A stretch of DNA of 64,000 bases from contig NC_068985.1 in NCBI RefSeq assembly GCF_001194135.2, positions 43,018,293 through 43,082,292 on the forward strand, in the 5' to 3' direction. Below, one piece after another: positions 50,740 through 64,000 of the stretch. A program made the translations under genes and the position numbers. The notes beneath the pieces are model-generated. The model searched no databases, had not been told where the DNA came from, and saw only the letters and a program-made list of their open reading frames with translations. Position 1 is the first letter of the stretch; each line of letters opens with the position of its first letter. This DNA comes from Octopus bimaculoides. Lineage: Eukaryota.

Positions 50740-51513
50740 TCATCATCATCATCATCATCGTTTAACGTCCGCTTTCCATGCTAGCATGGGTTGGACGATT
50801 TGACTGAGGACTGGTGAAACCGGATGGCAACACCAGGCTCCAGTCTGATTTGGCAGAGTTTCTACAGCTGGATGCCCTTCCTAACGCCAACCACTCAGAG
50901 AGTGTAGTGGGTGCTTTTACGTGTCACCCGCACGAAAACGGCCACGCTCGAAATGGTGTCTTTTATGTGCCACCCGCACAAGCCAGTCCAGGGGCACTGG
51001 CAACGATCTCGCTCGAAAATCCTACAGGAGCCAGTCAGGCGGTACTGGCANNNNNNNNNNNNNNNNNNNNNNNNNNNNNNNNNNNNNNNNNNNNNNNNNN
51101 NNNNNNNNNNNNNNNNNNNNNNNNNNNNNNNNNNNNNNNNNNNNNNNNNNNNNNNNNNNNNNNNNNNNNNNNNNNNNNNNNNNNNNNNNNNNNNNNNNNN
51201 NNNNNNNNNNNNNNNNNNNNNNNNNNNNNNNNNNNNNNNNGTAGTCATCGCCTCGGTGAGGCCCAATGTACGAAGGTCTTGCCTCACCACCTCAGCCCAG
51301 GTCTTCCTGGGCCTACCTCTTCCACGGGTTCCCTCAACTGTTAGGGTGTGGCACTTTTTCACGCAGCTATCCTCCTCCATTCTCACCACATGTCCATACC
51401 AGCGCAATCGTCTCTCTTGCACGCCACAACTGATGCTTCTAATGTTCAGCTTTTCTCTCAAGATACTTACACTCTGACGGGTATTCACATTGACATTACA
51501 CATCCAACGGAGC
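50740..51513 (-). mobile_element. Young RTE 3' end (ORF C-terminus plus 3' UTR, (GAT)n tail), spanning a gap
   Basis: RRLRWYGHVVRMEEDSCVKKC…GRGRPRKTWAEVVRQDLRTLGLTEAMT; CpG-retaining tail ending in (GAT)n. Confidence 0.85.
51051..51240. other. Assembly gap
   Basis: Run of N inside an RTE 3' end. Confidence 1.
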
Positions 51514-51535
51514 ATACATATGTATATATGTATAT

Positions 51536-51586
51536 ACTGATTGTGTACATACATATATATGTACATACACACAAATATACTCCCCC

Positions 51587-51626
<40 letters not shown>

Positions 51627-51677
51627 GGGGGAGTATATTTGTGTGTATGTACATATATATGTATGTACACAATCAGT
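51536..51677. repeat. Perfect 142-bp palindrome (52-bp arms around (TA)19)
   Basis: Arms 51536-51587 and 51626-51677 are exact reverse complements. Confidence 0.9.
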
Positions 51678-52531
51678 GTTTTAAGAACATTTCCCTGTTA
51701 AAGCAGGGAAAAGGCTTTTTAAATTCTAAGTCTTCTCCATTTGGCCCAATCCTTTACACCTCCTCACACCAATCCTCTAACCCGCATTTCCTCTTCTAAC
51801 ATCTTTAGTCTTGTCTTTCTCTTCTTCCTTCTACATTCATTTTCATTACTCCTCTCACTCAGTCACTTTCATCCTTCCTCAATGCATGTCTCAACCAATA
51901 ATAACATCCATCACTGGCTCAATTTCTATCATCTCTGCAATTCACTGTCTTCCCCACTCTCAGCAATACTCCACTCATCCATCAAACCATTCCCATTTGT
52001 TCTGCCCTGGTTGCAAAGACATTCCCTTACCACTCTCAATCAATAACCAACAACACTATTGTTCACCAACTGTGATATAATAGATAAATAATTGAATAAA
52101 TATTTCAGCTATTAATGATAATGAATATGAATCAAAGATGATAATGAGAAATCAACGTGTATGACAAAGTTGATAATGAGAAATCAATGAGCGTAATTGA
52201 ACCATTTGATATTGATAATAGTAAAAGTAGAGTTCCTAGAATGAGAGACAGAGGAATGAAGAAGATATTACTCTCTTTGTTATTTATGTTAAAAACAAAG
52301 CATCTCTCTGTCTACTTTCCACACATAGAGAGCAGTGTACCCTATGTGCCAGTGTATAAGCCAACTGGGTACATCGGATGACCCTAGAATTTCCTTTTAA
52401 AATGTAGGCTTTGAGCTATCCAAGCTATATAAGACTATCTGGCAATATTTCACCCTTAATGCAGTGGCTGAGAGGTTCTTGAAGTATGTTCTCGTATACA
52501 TTTATAACTGAATTATCATAGAGATAATTTT

Positions 52532-53430
52532 GAAGGCGCATGGCTTAGTGGTTAGGGCATTCGGCTCACAATCGTAAGGTTGTGAGTTCGATTCCCGGCG
52601 ACACGTAGTGTCCTTGAGCAAGACACTTTATTTCACATTGCTCCAGTCCACTCAGCTGGCAAAAATGAGTAGTACCTGTATTTCAAAGGGCCGGCCTCGT
52701 CACGCTATGTGTCACGTTGAGTCTCCCTGAGAACTACTTTGGGGGTACATGTGTCTGTGGATTGCTCAGTCACTTGCACGTTAATTTCACGAGCAGGCTG
52801 TTCCGTTGATCATATCAGCTGGGACCCTCATCGTCGAAACTGACGGAGTGTTCCTATCATAGGGATCAACCTCCACTAGTTTCCCAAATATATTTATTAA
52901 GTTTCAGAAGAAAATATTTAGTGGAAGGACTGTAGGAGTTATGCCAGCATTTTACACTGTTCTCCATCGTGCATCACTGGTGACACTCTAAACCACAACA
53001 TGTTATGGTTCAAATTTTAAACTCAGTATTTAAGACAACCCCTGGTTTTGGGGGTGACTTTTTTAAGGTTAAAATTCCATCATATATACACCAACATATA
53101 GAGGGTAAAAACCCCACTTCGGTCATGAATAACCATGGGATTGTACCTAGAAAGTTACTCTCCAAGGCATAAGTCCAGGTAAGCATGCTTATGGAAGACC
53201 AGCAGTCGCCCATGCATACCAGCCTCCTGCCTCCAATGTTATCCAAGGGAAAGGTGAAGGCCAATACAGCTTGGCACCAGTGACGTTGCAACTCATTTCT
53301 ACAGATGAGTGAACTGGAGCAATGTGAAATAAAATATCTTGCACAAGAACACAGCATGGTCTGAAAATTGAACTCACTACCTCATGATTGTGAGCCCAAT
53401 GCTCTAGCCACTGAACTATGTGCCTCCACA
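52532..53430. mobile_element. SINE D variant (+, about 52532-52855) and SINE D (-, about 53095-53430)
   Basis: Shared tRNA head and core (GTTCGATTCCC B box at about 52585), with different tails. Confidence 0.75.
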
Positions 53431-53904
53431 TCATATGCAGTATATAAAAATATGTATGATGCATGAAGCTACAGAGGGATGTAACCTCTGAATGAAGATG
53501 TCCTGAAAACCTAGAGAAACAGGAACTTTCTGCTGAATAAACAATATTAACATATGTAGAAGATGGAACTCACTTGGGCTGAGGAAGCAACTGCATATTA
53601 AAGGTATTTGCAGGACAGGTCAGTGTACTGATATGGCTATTTATTGAGAATAAATGACACTGGTCAGGTGAAATGGCATCATGACCTAATGATAAAATGT
53701 ATCCAAGATAAAAATAGACAAAGAAGACATGGGAAGATATGGTGAGATTAAATTTAATTATGTTGGGTTTTATATGGTCCCAGCTAGGCCAGGTTGATAC
53801 AATGACAGAAAACTGACAAAAGTGTCATGCTGTGTCTATGATGAATACAATTACTGTTAGTTCAAATCACTGATGTAGGCAGTGAAAATTAACACATCTT
53901 TTAT

Positions 53905-54150
53905 CTTTCGCTTGGGGCACCACCTTGAAGGGTTTAGTCAAACAACTCAACCCCATTATTTATTCTCGTAAAGCCTGGAACTTAATCTATCAGTCTCTTT
54001 TGATGAACTGCTAAGTTACAGGGATATAAACAAACATTGGTTGTCAAAGGGTGGGGTGGGGGACAAACACATACACACATGTATATAACAGGCTTTTTTC
54101 AGTTTCAATCAACTAAATCCACTCACAAGGATTTGGTCAGCCCATGGCTA
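53905..54150 (-). mobile_element. SINE family A, 5'-truncated
   Basis: Tail and core are similar to the other A copies. Confidence 0.7.
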
Positions 54151-57100
54151 TATGTTTAATTAAATTGCAGACCAAGATCATAACAGAAGAATTTTCTGAC
54201 CTTGTTTAATCATTCCTATAGCCTCTACATCACAGTGAAGTTGTTTTTTTAAAATCTTTTATCTCTTTCAGTCATTGGACTGCAGCCTTACTGGACAGAA
54301 AATTTTAAAAATCTAATTAAATGATAATTCTTATGCTATGACCTGGGTAGGTGGAGGTCGCCAGCCCTGTTACACGATTCACCCAGGAGAAAATCACTCC
54401 AATGCAAAACCTACAGATTGTTGGTCACTACAACCATCTTAGCCACTGTGGTCAGACCTTCCAATTCTAAAAGAGGAATTGGATTACACAGACTGGCTTA
54501 CATTTTAAAACTATTAAGCACAGATTGGAAGAGAAGCCGTGTCGCATCAAGGATCAGTTTACAGAGCCACATGAGGTCATGTGACTCTTCCTCATAATCT
54601 TCAGAAGTGAAGAAACTATCATCATCACTTATGCAAGGAAATTGTAGAAACAGTGATTCTACTTGTGACTTGCATTAAGATTACACATGCCTGTGGAATA
54701 CACACCCACTTACATGCTACATCAATAAGTAACTTGTAACTTGAATGATGAAACAAATGTAAACTCACAGCCAGAAATTCTAACTAAAGTTCATTCATCT
54801 TTATACAGTGGCGGGAAGAAACCATTAGCTCAATGACTAGGATTGACTTAATCTGATGTTGGCAAGTATGAGAGACAACTCTGCTCAGGTTTCTGCATTG
54901 TTAAACTCCACAGTGAAATATACAGTTTATAGCATAGTTGCCAGAACCACTATATTGGTGTAAAATGTACTAAGAGTATGTGTCAACATTACCAAAATGA
55001 TTGACACAAATTAACATATTATTCATTAAGTTTTAATGTTTTATTCTCATTGCACCACAAGCATAATTAATTGATCAATTTTATTAACTCCTCTACAGTA
55101 CTAAGATGACATACTTGACTATTATTACATTCCTCAACATTAATGACGATCTTAAGTTGATAGTTATTACATTCTCAACACTAATAATGATGATAAATTT
55201 AACTGTTCTTTTCCACAAAGATAGTGTCTCATGGTAATGTTTCCTCAGTCACACTTTAATATAAAATAAATGAATAAATAAATAAACCATTGCATTATTG
55301 GATGTCAGTCAAAAATAGTGAAGTCAGAAGAGATAAACAAGAAAGACAACAGAAGTCAAAATTTAATAACAATAACAATGTTTATTTACTTGTCAGCTTA
55401 ATTTAGTGTGGAAAAGCTAACTTTCCACACTTAAACTAAATATTACATAGTCATTTAAATATTTCTAATGAAATTTACAATAAAAAGGCAATTGACGGTG
55501 ATAGTGATTAACCTAATTAATATTAATTAAGTTATGACTGCCTGTACAATACCATAACTAATATGGAGCAGAAGGTAATAAATAAATTACAGGGAAACTA
55601 GTGGAAAAACTACCCATTATTGACTGCAACTAGTTGGTAAAAGTGTTCAAATAATAAACTTGTGCTACTGCAACAGACATGTAATTATAGATATTAATTA
55701 GGGATGATATTACTAGTAATTACACATGATGTTACTAATAATTAGTTGTGATATTTTAAACTATTGATATCAGTTTTATTATTATTATTATAGTTAACTA
55801 ATGAGATGATATTACCACTGTAAATATCAGTGATAGTTTAAACTAAATGATAGATGTTTTATTTTATAATTAACTAATAAGACAGCTGTAAATACCAGTG
55901 ACATTCTAAATTAAATGATAACGACAATAACAATAATCATTATTACATGTTAGAGCAAAGTCAATGTGTTATTTAATCTCTTCTGAGTGGACACAAGTTT
56001 GAAGGAGAGTGAGTGTTATTATTGAATTGGTCTAATTATAAACTGGTACTTAATTTATAAGTTTCTTATGCATACTACAGAATGATAGAAATTTAAAACA
56101 TGATGAAGGTGGAATTTGAACTCAAAATCCTTTCTACAAGTTACAAGACTTTAAATTTTGTGGGAGAAGGCTAGTCAACTACATTGACCTCATAGCTCAA
56201 CTGCTACTTACTAAGAGTTAAAAGATTAGCCCCTTGAAACCTAAATACAAGAACAGGGAGAGAGATGTGTTATTCCCTCCTAGTCACGGAGAAAGTAACA
56301 GTTCTCTTAAGAGTTCAGACACTGGAACCGTTAATTAAAAACATCTACAATTTAAACACACTCCAGCCTTTGGCCCACAGGCACACTGTCACCTCTCTGT
56401 CTTTTCAATTGCTACTATAATAGCCACCATTCCTTGGTCTTGTACTTCCTCCACTCAAGCACTCCTGACCCACTTATCTCTCAATCTCTAACCTACCTAA
56501 GGCCTGCACTAACCACTTTGCGTAATTCTTCTTCTCCAAGACATCAGTCCTCTGGAGTCTCCCCTTTGATCATGTTTTTCCTGTAGCCTAATCTCACAAT
56601 TCTTGGAAGGCCAGCAAAAGCCATGAGCACTGTTCATTTCTCTAGACCCACTAAGTGAAAAAAAAAATGCCAAGTTATCTTTTATGTTAGAAGCCATAGC
56701 CAAATTAATAGATTATCAAACAGTCAATAACTTGTATTTTGTCACAATCATTGTACTGTGTCTGTGGCCAATAGACTTACTTTTTAATGTTAATTTTATG
56801 GTCACACCTAATTGGTTGGCTACCTGTGCATTTAGAGCTAACATGAGGCTATACAGCTACAACTTGTAAATATCAAGACCCACTGAGCTATCAATACATA
56901 TCAGAGTGAAACACAGCTTACTCCTTCCACAAGTGTCATTAGAAGCAGATTAAACTTTTTCAAGCAGACATGACCATAGACAGACCACATGTAATCTAAG
57001 TCTTCCATATGGAAATCCTACCACCTAATGGATTATGGAATTCACACAGCTTTTAGGTTATAAATAGGGGGTGGGAAATGGTGGAGTAGAGAGTTAAATT

Positions 57101-59630
57101 TAATGGAATTAGTTATGATGCTGAGCAGACATAAAAATAAATCTACTAAATGCTATTGTCATTAATAAATATAATTTCTCAGTTATTTATAAAAAAAAAG
57201 GATTATTTTAGGTGATTCTTAAACCTAGCAGGTTCATAGTAATATTCAATCAAAATGAATATCACTAAAAAGTTTCAGTAAATTTCCTAAACATTAAAAA
57301 CAATTCTTTTAAATATTTCTAATCAAAAGCACATTGGAGTTGCAAATAGCAGCAGACCATTCTCAAAAATATTTTGACATCAGCAGTAACTTTTTGTTTT
57401 ATTAAAAAATAAATAACTCAGATGGCAGGGTCTGATATATGCAATATGGTGAGTCAGAACCTATAGCTTGAAGACTATGGAGAAAAAAAAAAAAAAAGGA
57501 AACAACAAACATATGAAATCAATAAAATGGTTCAAGCTTAAAAAGATGATAATAATAAGGATCAGTAAATCCCAAACATTTTCAGTCCAGTCTCCTTGGT
57601 TTTATATCTCTTGTCCTTTGCCTCGATCATTCTCTACAGCATTATTCAGAAGAATATGTCACACAACACTAGAATACTACAGAACATTTGAAAAGGATAA
57701 CAATAATAAATCCAATTCTACCTTAAGAATTTCTTCACTCATGAGGCAACTGTAATGTCTCCTGGAAGGCAGCAACCCTTGAGAACAATTGTGGAAGCTT
57801 CAAAACAAAGCTTTAACTAAATAATGAGCAAATAACCTAAATAGAATTATCCTAGACATTATCATTTTCAGGTATAATTTAAACTTCACAAACACTTTGT
57901 TGAGCCCATGAACATTGATAAATATAATTTCTCAGTTATTTATAATGTTAATTTTATTATCACACCTAATTGGTTGGCTACCTGTGCATTTAGAGCTAAC
58001 ATGAGGCTATACAGCTACAACTTGTAAATATCAAGACCCACTGAGCTATAAATACATATCAGAGTGACAATACACATTAACACAAGTAACAATGTTGTGC
58101 CTTCTGTTTACTCATGTAAACTTATGAATTTGTGGATTTGTCCAACCTATATTAACACGGTACAGTAGATGAATCAAAAGGAAATTAAATATATTAATTG
58201 CACTCTCTTTCTCTGTCTATACACACATATATTTCAAAGGTCAATTGTTTGTAGGAAAGCAACATAACTGAATGAAACTGGAACTTTATAGATTCCAGAC
58301 AAAGGAGAGGTCAACCCCTTGCTGATACTGACCCCAAAATATAAAGCAATGAAAGCTGAGCAAAATTTTTAATAAAATTCTGTGCTGTATCACTCCCATT
58401 ATCATATGATGCTGTACTGCATCAGTTACTTCCACAAGCCTAAAGTATTTAGTAAGATGATGTACTGTATGTACTAGACAGTTTTACTGACCTAAATACA
58501 CACAAACAAGCTTTCTAATAAAAGTATACTGACATAGATACAAATATTATGGATTAATAGCTTTTTTTCCTGACATGTAAAGTCTGCAGAACCAATTTCA
58601 ATTTCTGGACTAACCATTTCCTTTTATTAGATTCTGTACAAAGAACTAAGCTTAGTGACTTAACCCTGACATGTTCAAAGACAGCTTCCAGTGATTCCAA
58701 CAATCCAATGAATGGGAAAGGACATATTTCTTTGATTTTTCAGTCAGACTTATGAAAAAACAGAAAAGTGCATTTGGTAGAATACTACTCCAAAATAGAT
58801 CTGTTGAAAAAATTGTGAGTGAGGACTCTCATTCAAAAGATTCCACAGGAAAATTAAGTTCTTTATTTTTCCCAAAAATTTTACTTCTTTTTTTTTTTTA
58901 TATAAAACATAAAATATCACTGCCCACCCCCCAAAAAATCTAAAACCATTCGGGCTCAGAACAAAAACTGTCAGTGAGGAAATTAAAATTATTAAGTAGA
59001 AGTTCTTTAAATTTAAACTGTGCCATCTTGAATCAAAAAGAAACAGCCATATCAAATAAATGGCCATAATAAATGTTAGATAAATTTTTTAATGGATTTT
59101 AAATATTATTCAAAAGAAAAGTTTGAAAAAAAAAAAAAAAAACATACCTACAGATACAGAATACACAAATGAATGTCTGCTGCTGCTGCTACTGGCATTT
59201 AATTAGTGGAAATACTAGTATCTACCTATCTAGATTACACAATTACCAAGCTCCAACTACCTATAGGAATTAGTTCTAAGTTATTTCTTAGCAGTTACAG
59301 TTAAACTGTTTTAAAACAATAAAAATACATAGCAGTATGATTACCAATTTGGACAAAATTAGGCCATTGCCTCTACTTGAACTTATTTGAAATATGGATG
59401 GATTTTTTTCCCTTCTTTTTGTAGAAATTATATCTTATCTTTATTTTTAATATTTTTCAATCATTTTTACATCGTATTCAAACATTTGATAAATGCTGGA
59501 ATAGGGGTTTCATTTTAACCCCAAACACTCAAGCAATTAAAACTGGATCACACATATATATACATATACAAGTGGAACACATATAACACACACACATATA
59601 TATGTGTGTATATATATATATATATATTTT

Positions 59631-59662
<32 letters not shown>

Positions 59663-60228
59663 TACATACAACATTTTACACAAAATTCAGTACTAAAAAT
59701 ATTTACTTTCTATATATATATATCTATATATATATATATATATATATATATGATTCCACCAAAATAGTGAAGAAATTTTAGATTCAGCTGATTTCTGCAG
59801 ATTTCTGCAGAATGACAGCTTCATTGTAGTTTTTTTTTTTTTTTTTTTTTACATTTCTTTCATTTTTTTTTTTTTAATAGAATGTACTCTGATACAAAAT
59901 AGAGAATATATTCTTTTATAGTGTAGCATATTAAATATACTAAAAGGTGGCAGAAGACAAACAATTGAAATATCTAGTTATTTCTTGTAAATGGTTATGC
60001 TAGCAACATTGTTGGGGAGATAGATATTTCAGGAACATAGATAAAAACTATAAGACAGCAGTAGGAAACTGAAAGATGGAAGAAGTAATAGAATATCTGT
60101 TTGTTTTTGTTTGTGTGTGTGCATGTGCACACACACTCATGTAAAGAGAGAACAGGAGAGAAACTTACATTTTAAATAAATATCAAGTGAAAATATTACT
60201 TTAAAATAATTCAGCAGCCATTTTAGAC

Positions 60229-60271
<43 letters not shown>

Positions 60272-63200
60272 TGGAATTGACATAAAAGCAGAGCAGGCTC
60301 AAAATAAATGCTCTGCTGGGAGCAGCTAGGATTTTAAGATTGGTGCTTGGGTGTTGAGTGTCTTCCATAATAAATTAACATCCAGGTACCAAAGCTTATA
60401 ATTTGCAGAAAAGACACTGTGAGACTGCTGACAATAGGTTGCTGTCTGCTCTCACATTATCAACCAGAGCAAGTAAGACTGAGAGCTCTGAGAATTATAA
60501 TAATAATAATAATAATAAAAACAATAAAATATAATTTCTTTAATCACACCCAATCCCATTTGTTTGATTCTAGAGAACCTTATGCTTCGAACCAAGTTTT
60601 GGCCATAAATATATCTTCTTTGAATCTAAATTCTTCTAGCAATGTGACCCCCTTTTAAATTAAATATACCTGTGTTCTGATTCAGAAAAAGATCTGGAGT
60701 TGTGTTCCTGTATTTAATAAGATACACACACATTTAGAATGTATATATATATGTATATCTTTATGGTGTGTGTGTAAGTGTGTGTACTGACAAGACTTTC
60801 ACTACAATTGGACCTGTATATCAAAAAGGGAGATAAAACCTCTAACTGCCATTTGTCCCAAGCAACTCTCACAGTGCTCCTCTCATCCCCTTTTGTTGCT
60901 AAGGCCTTGCTACAAACCCCAAATGTTACCCAACTAAATTTTACTCTGAAATAATTAACAGTCTTTCCATGAAGCTATCTCTCTATCATCATTCTCTTCT
61001 ACAACAGCTATTCTTCTGCTTTAAGAACAACTATTCATTGCAGAATCAGCAAATGTAAAAGAAAAAACAGAAATAAATCAATAAAAACTGATCATAATCT
61101 CCCACCACTAAAACACCAATAATTATATACATCATACATTTGGCATCTCCTCTTTAACTAGCAACACTAGCAGTTATATAAAATATTTCTTGTAAATGGA
61201 AGGCTTTGAAAGAACTACAATACTAAAAGTGTGGCACATCTTTTTGAAGTTAGAGTAGAGAATTAAATTTGACCTATCAGAGGTATGATGATGCAGTGCT
61301 TGAAAAGGTGCTGGATTGCTGCCTTAAAGGTCATAGTTCCTAAAACCTGGTACTAGCACTGCATACCGCTCATAGGCAAGGCACTTTACTCTGCTTGCCA
61401 CAGCCATCTTAACTGAAAATAGATGCTACTCTCATTTCAATAGAGAATTATTAACATTTCAAACAAATATGTAAGTTTGTGGACCTTTCCAATGCATATT
61501 AGGATGAAAAAGATGGATAAAAACTATGAAAAAAGAAAGATTTGACACAAATTTACTCTAGATGATGATGAGACTATTAAGAATTTGAGAAGTCTCTTTC
61601 AAGGCCCACAACTCAAAAACTCTCTCATTCTTACAAATGATTGAATAATCTATGTAGATGAATATTTACAATAGATAAACAGTTATGTCAAGCTCAGCTT
61701 TAAATAGTTCACAATATACATACATATATGTATGTACACACACACACATACATATTCTGCTGGTGTAGCAAAAGAATACATTCATATTGCCTTTCTGATA
61801 AGAAATATCTTACTAAAAATTAGGATCTGTGTTGCAAACAATGTTTTCTATAACTAAATTAATATAATATTGCCATCATTTTGACTGTCCATGTCTCAAA
61901 GAATAAGTTGCTTTAACATGTTTAATGTAATGAGTCAAAAACTGTAAAAGGATGATACTAAATTATGGTACTCTCCTTTGCAGTCATTCTCTCATCGCAA
62001 CTGCATCTCATGTGAAAAGCTTGAGTAGAAATAACTAACAAATACTCCCCACCCAACTCTCATTACTAATCTAATTTTTAAATGTAGTTAATTGAAACTG
62101 GGATCATTTAGTAATTAAGGCATCAGATTGTGAAAGAGAAGAAACAATTTATCTTAGAGTAATATATATTAACTATACAACCAGCCAACATTATCTTTTC
62201 TGTTTTCCAGGGTCAGAATATTTCAATTTCTAAAATTTATTGTTGGTTAGTTTCCCACAAGTCTTTATATCAGACACAGGCAACCTTTTTCAAGAAGAAT
62301 GCCACATGAGACATGACTTAAATCATCAGGTGGGCTGCACTACTAGGAAACTCCTATGGGCTGCATACTGCAGGTGGCCCGTGACTGCTTTATAAGCTAA
62401 CAATATTTTAAACAGCTGTTATATATGAAATGAAAGCATAGAGGACCAAGCTGATAGAATACCAGACAGCTGGACAAGAGCCTGCTAATATCACTGGGTT
62501 TGTGTTTAGTCCAGTGTAACTAGTTGATAACATATACCACAAAGTAGGAATGACTTTCTACAGCAAGTAATAAAAGCACAAAATTAAAAACTAATGAGTG
62601 CTTTACAGTTTGTAGTATTGAGGTCAATACCATCATAAACTAAATCAAAACACATTTCTTATCCATTCAATGAAACAAAGTTTTTTTGGAAGGTCGTACC
62701 ACATACATCAATTCAATGAAATCAAAATATTAAATACATTTAAATACATATCATTCCCAAGCTTGCTGGAGGCCCCAAAAATTTAAGCTTTAAAGATCCT
62801 AAAACAGTGGAGTGAGAAATATATTAGGCATTTGACTAGGAACTGGAACTGAATGAGAATTTAGAAATCTAATTTTATTTTATAGACATTTTCAACAGTT
62901 TATTAGTCAATATTTTGTTACACAGATTACATTATTTCCTTTAAAATAAACTTAGGCATATTCCCCTATTTTCACACAGACCTGGACATGTTTCAAACAA
63001 TTGTGAATTTTTTTACTTTTTTAATACTAGACATAAGACACATACCTGATAATCAAGGTATTTGATGACAGGTTGACTGTTAATTAAAGCCAGCTCTGCC
63101 TTTATTGAAATAAATTAAAATACCATTAAAACAGGTACAGCCATTTCTTATGAAAAAGTTTAGACTAAATAAGTGATAAAAATCCAGGAGTTACATCAAA

Positions 63201-64000
63201 AGATTTTTCTATTTCAATCCTAACCAAAGGAAGTATGTAAAAAAAAATGACACCTGAAAATAACTGCAGAATATATTGATGGAAATACTCGACAAAAGCT
63301 GAGTTTAATAGAGCCATCAGAATCTACTAATTCCAATCAGTGGTGGAGAAAAAGAAATGAAAATCAGTTTTGAATTTTTAATTGGAGTATATTTGTAAGA
63401 GAAATTTCAAAATCTTTCAAATAATAATAAATCAGTGAGGTAATACTGAAGTGTCGCAAATTCGTCCTAAACAGTCTAATAATTTAAACTGTAAGTTGGC
63501 ATCCATATTAAGGCCCCTAAGGAGTTATTGTTTCATGAGTGAAATTCATAAATAATGGAAATGTATAAAATAAAAAGTGTGTATGTATATGAATGACTTC
63601 TTTACTCACCATTAACACTGCCCTCTAGCAAGATTTCTAAAATCTTAAACTTAACACCAAATGGGAATTACCAACTAACCTCCAGTAAATTATAAACATT
63701 TACTTCAATAATTCTGGTAATTTTTGTATGAAGCTCTTTGGTTTTTCAGAATGGTCGTAGGAATTCACAGAAGTATTATATAAATAACCCCAAGTAGCAA
63801 AAATAATCTTAAAAGTTTATGATAAATAAGGACAAATGGCTTCATTAAATTGCTGATTGCTTTAGGATATGATTGTAGCTTTATGTGAGGTATATTCAGT
63901 AAAAGTGAGTAGGAACTGGTCATTTTACTTGATTAATTTATACTATAGACATTGGTTGGATTTTCTTGAAGAATCATATAATTCCGAACTTAGTTGACTG

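Noticed and set aside
52532-52605. tRNA-like sequence with A and B boxes (also other SINE heads)
   Set aside because: It continues into the SINE core and lacks a proper acceptor stem, so it is not a tRNA gene.
53480-53545. CTGAATGAAGA…GAAAC…AATAAA (similar case at about 63250-63290)
   Set aside because: PLE-like flavour, but core spacing and stems are not recoverable.
54490-54670. Minus-strand acidic open stretch (…DDDSFFTSEDYEEESHDLMW…)
   Set aside because: No start, no convincing acceptor, not recognised as any protein.
56400-56660. Possible LINE C-terminal remnant on the minus strand
   Set aside because: Too decayed to assign; no intact motif.
62270-62400. hAT-like MITE remnant (also about 23045-23075)
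   Set aside because: Only one TIR-like end and no TSD found.

Overview
AT-rich, microsatellite- and retroposon-dense animal genomic DNA with four assembly gaps. The SINE/RTE/Dong/Helitron content resembles Octopus (coleoid cephalopod); this is an inference. The one recognisable host gene is Bicaudal C (bicc1) on the minus strand. Its first coding exon is 27231-27435 (…FEDRFRVDRRKLERMLQ, phase-1 GT donor). I found no further BicC exon in 1-27230, so that stretch is probably intron 1. The rest is mostly mobile DNA: several tRNA-derived SINE families (including an array of about a dozen copies at 30-33.4 kb), decayed RTE LINE pieces with a PHD-like C4HC3 finger inside the RT region, a near full-length decayed R4/Dong element, an internally deleted Helitron with both termini, hAT remnants and a Tx1/L1-like tail. 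The most interesting signal is a set of type I hammerhead-ribozyme motifs of the Penelope-like-element (PLE) kind at five loci. Two related loci (3.6 kb and 29.3 kb) are head-to-head inverted ribozyme pairs whose arms co-vary. In two places, ribozyme-bearing ends converge on a shared (TA)n tract. All calls were made by eye; no searches or folding programs were run, and repeat boundaries are approximate.
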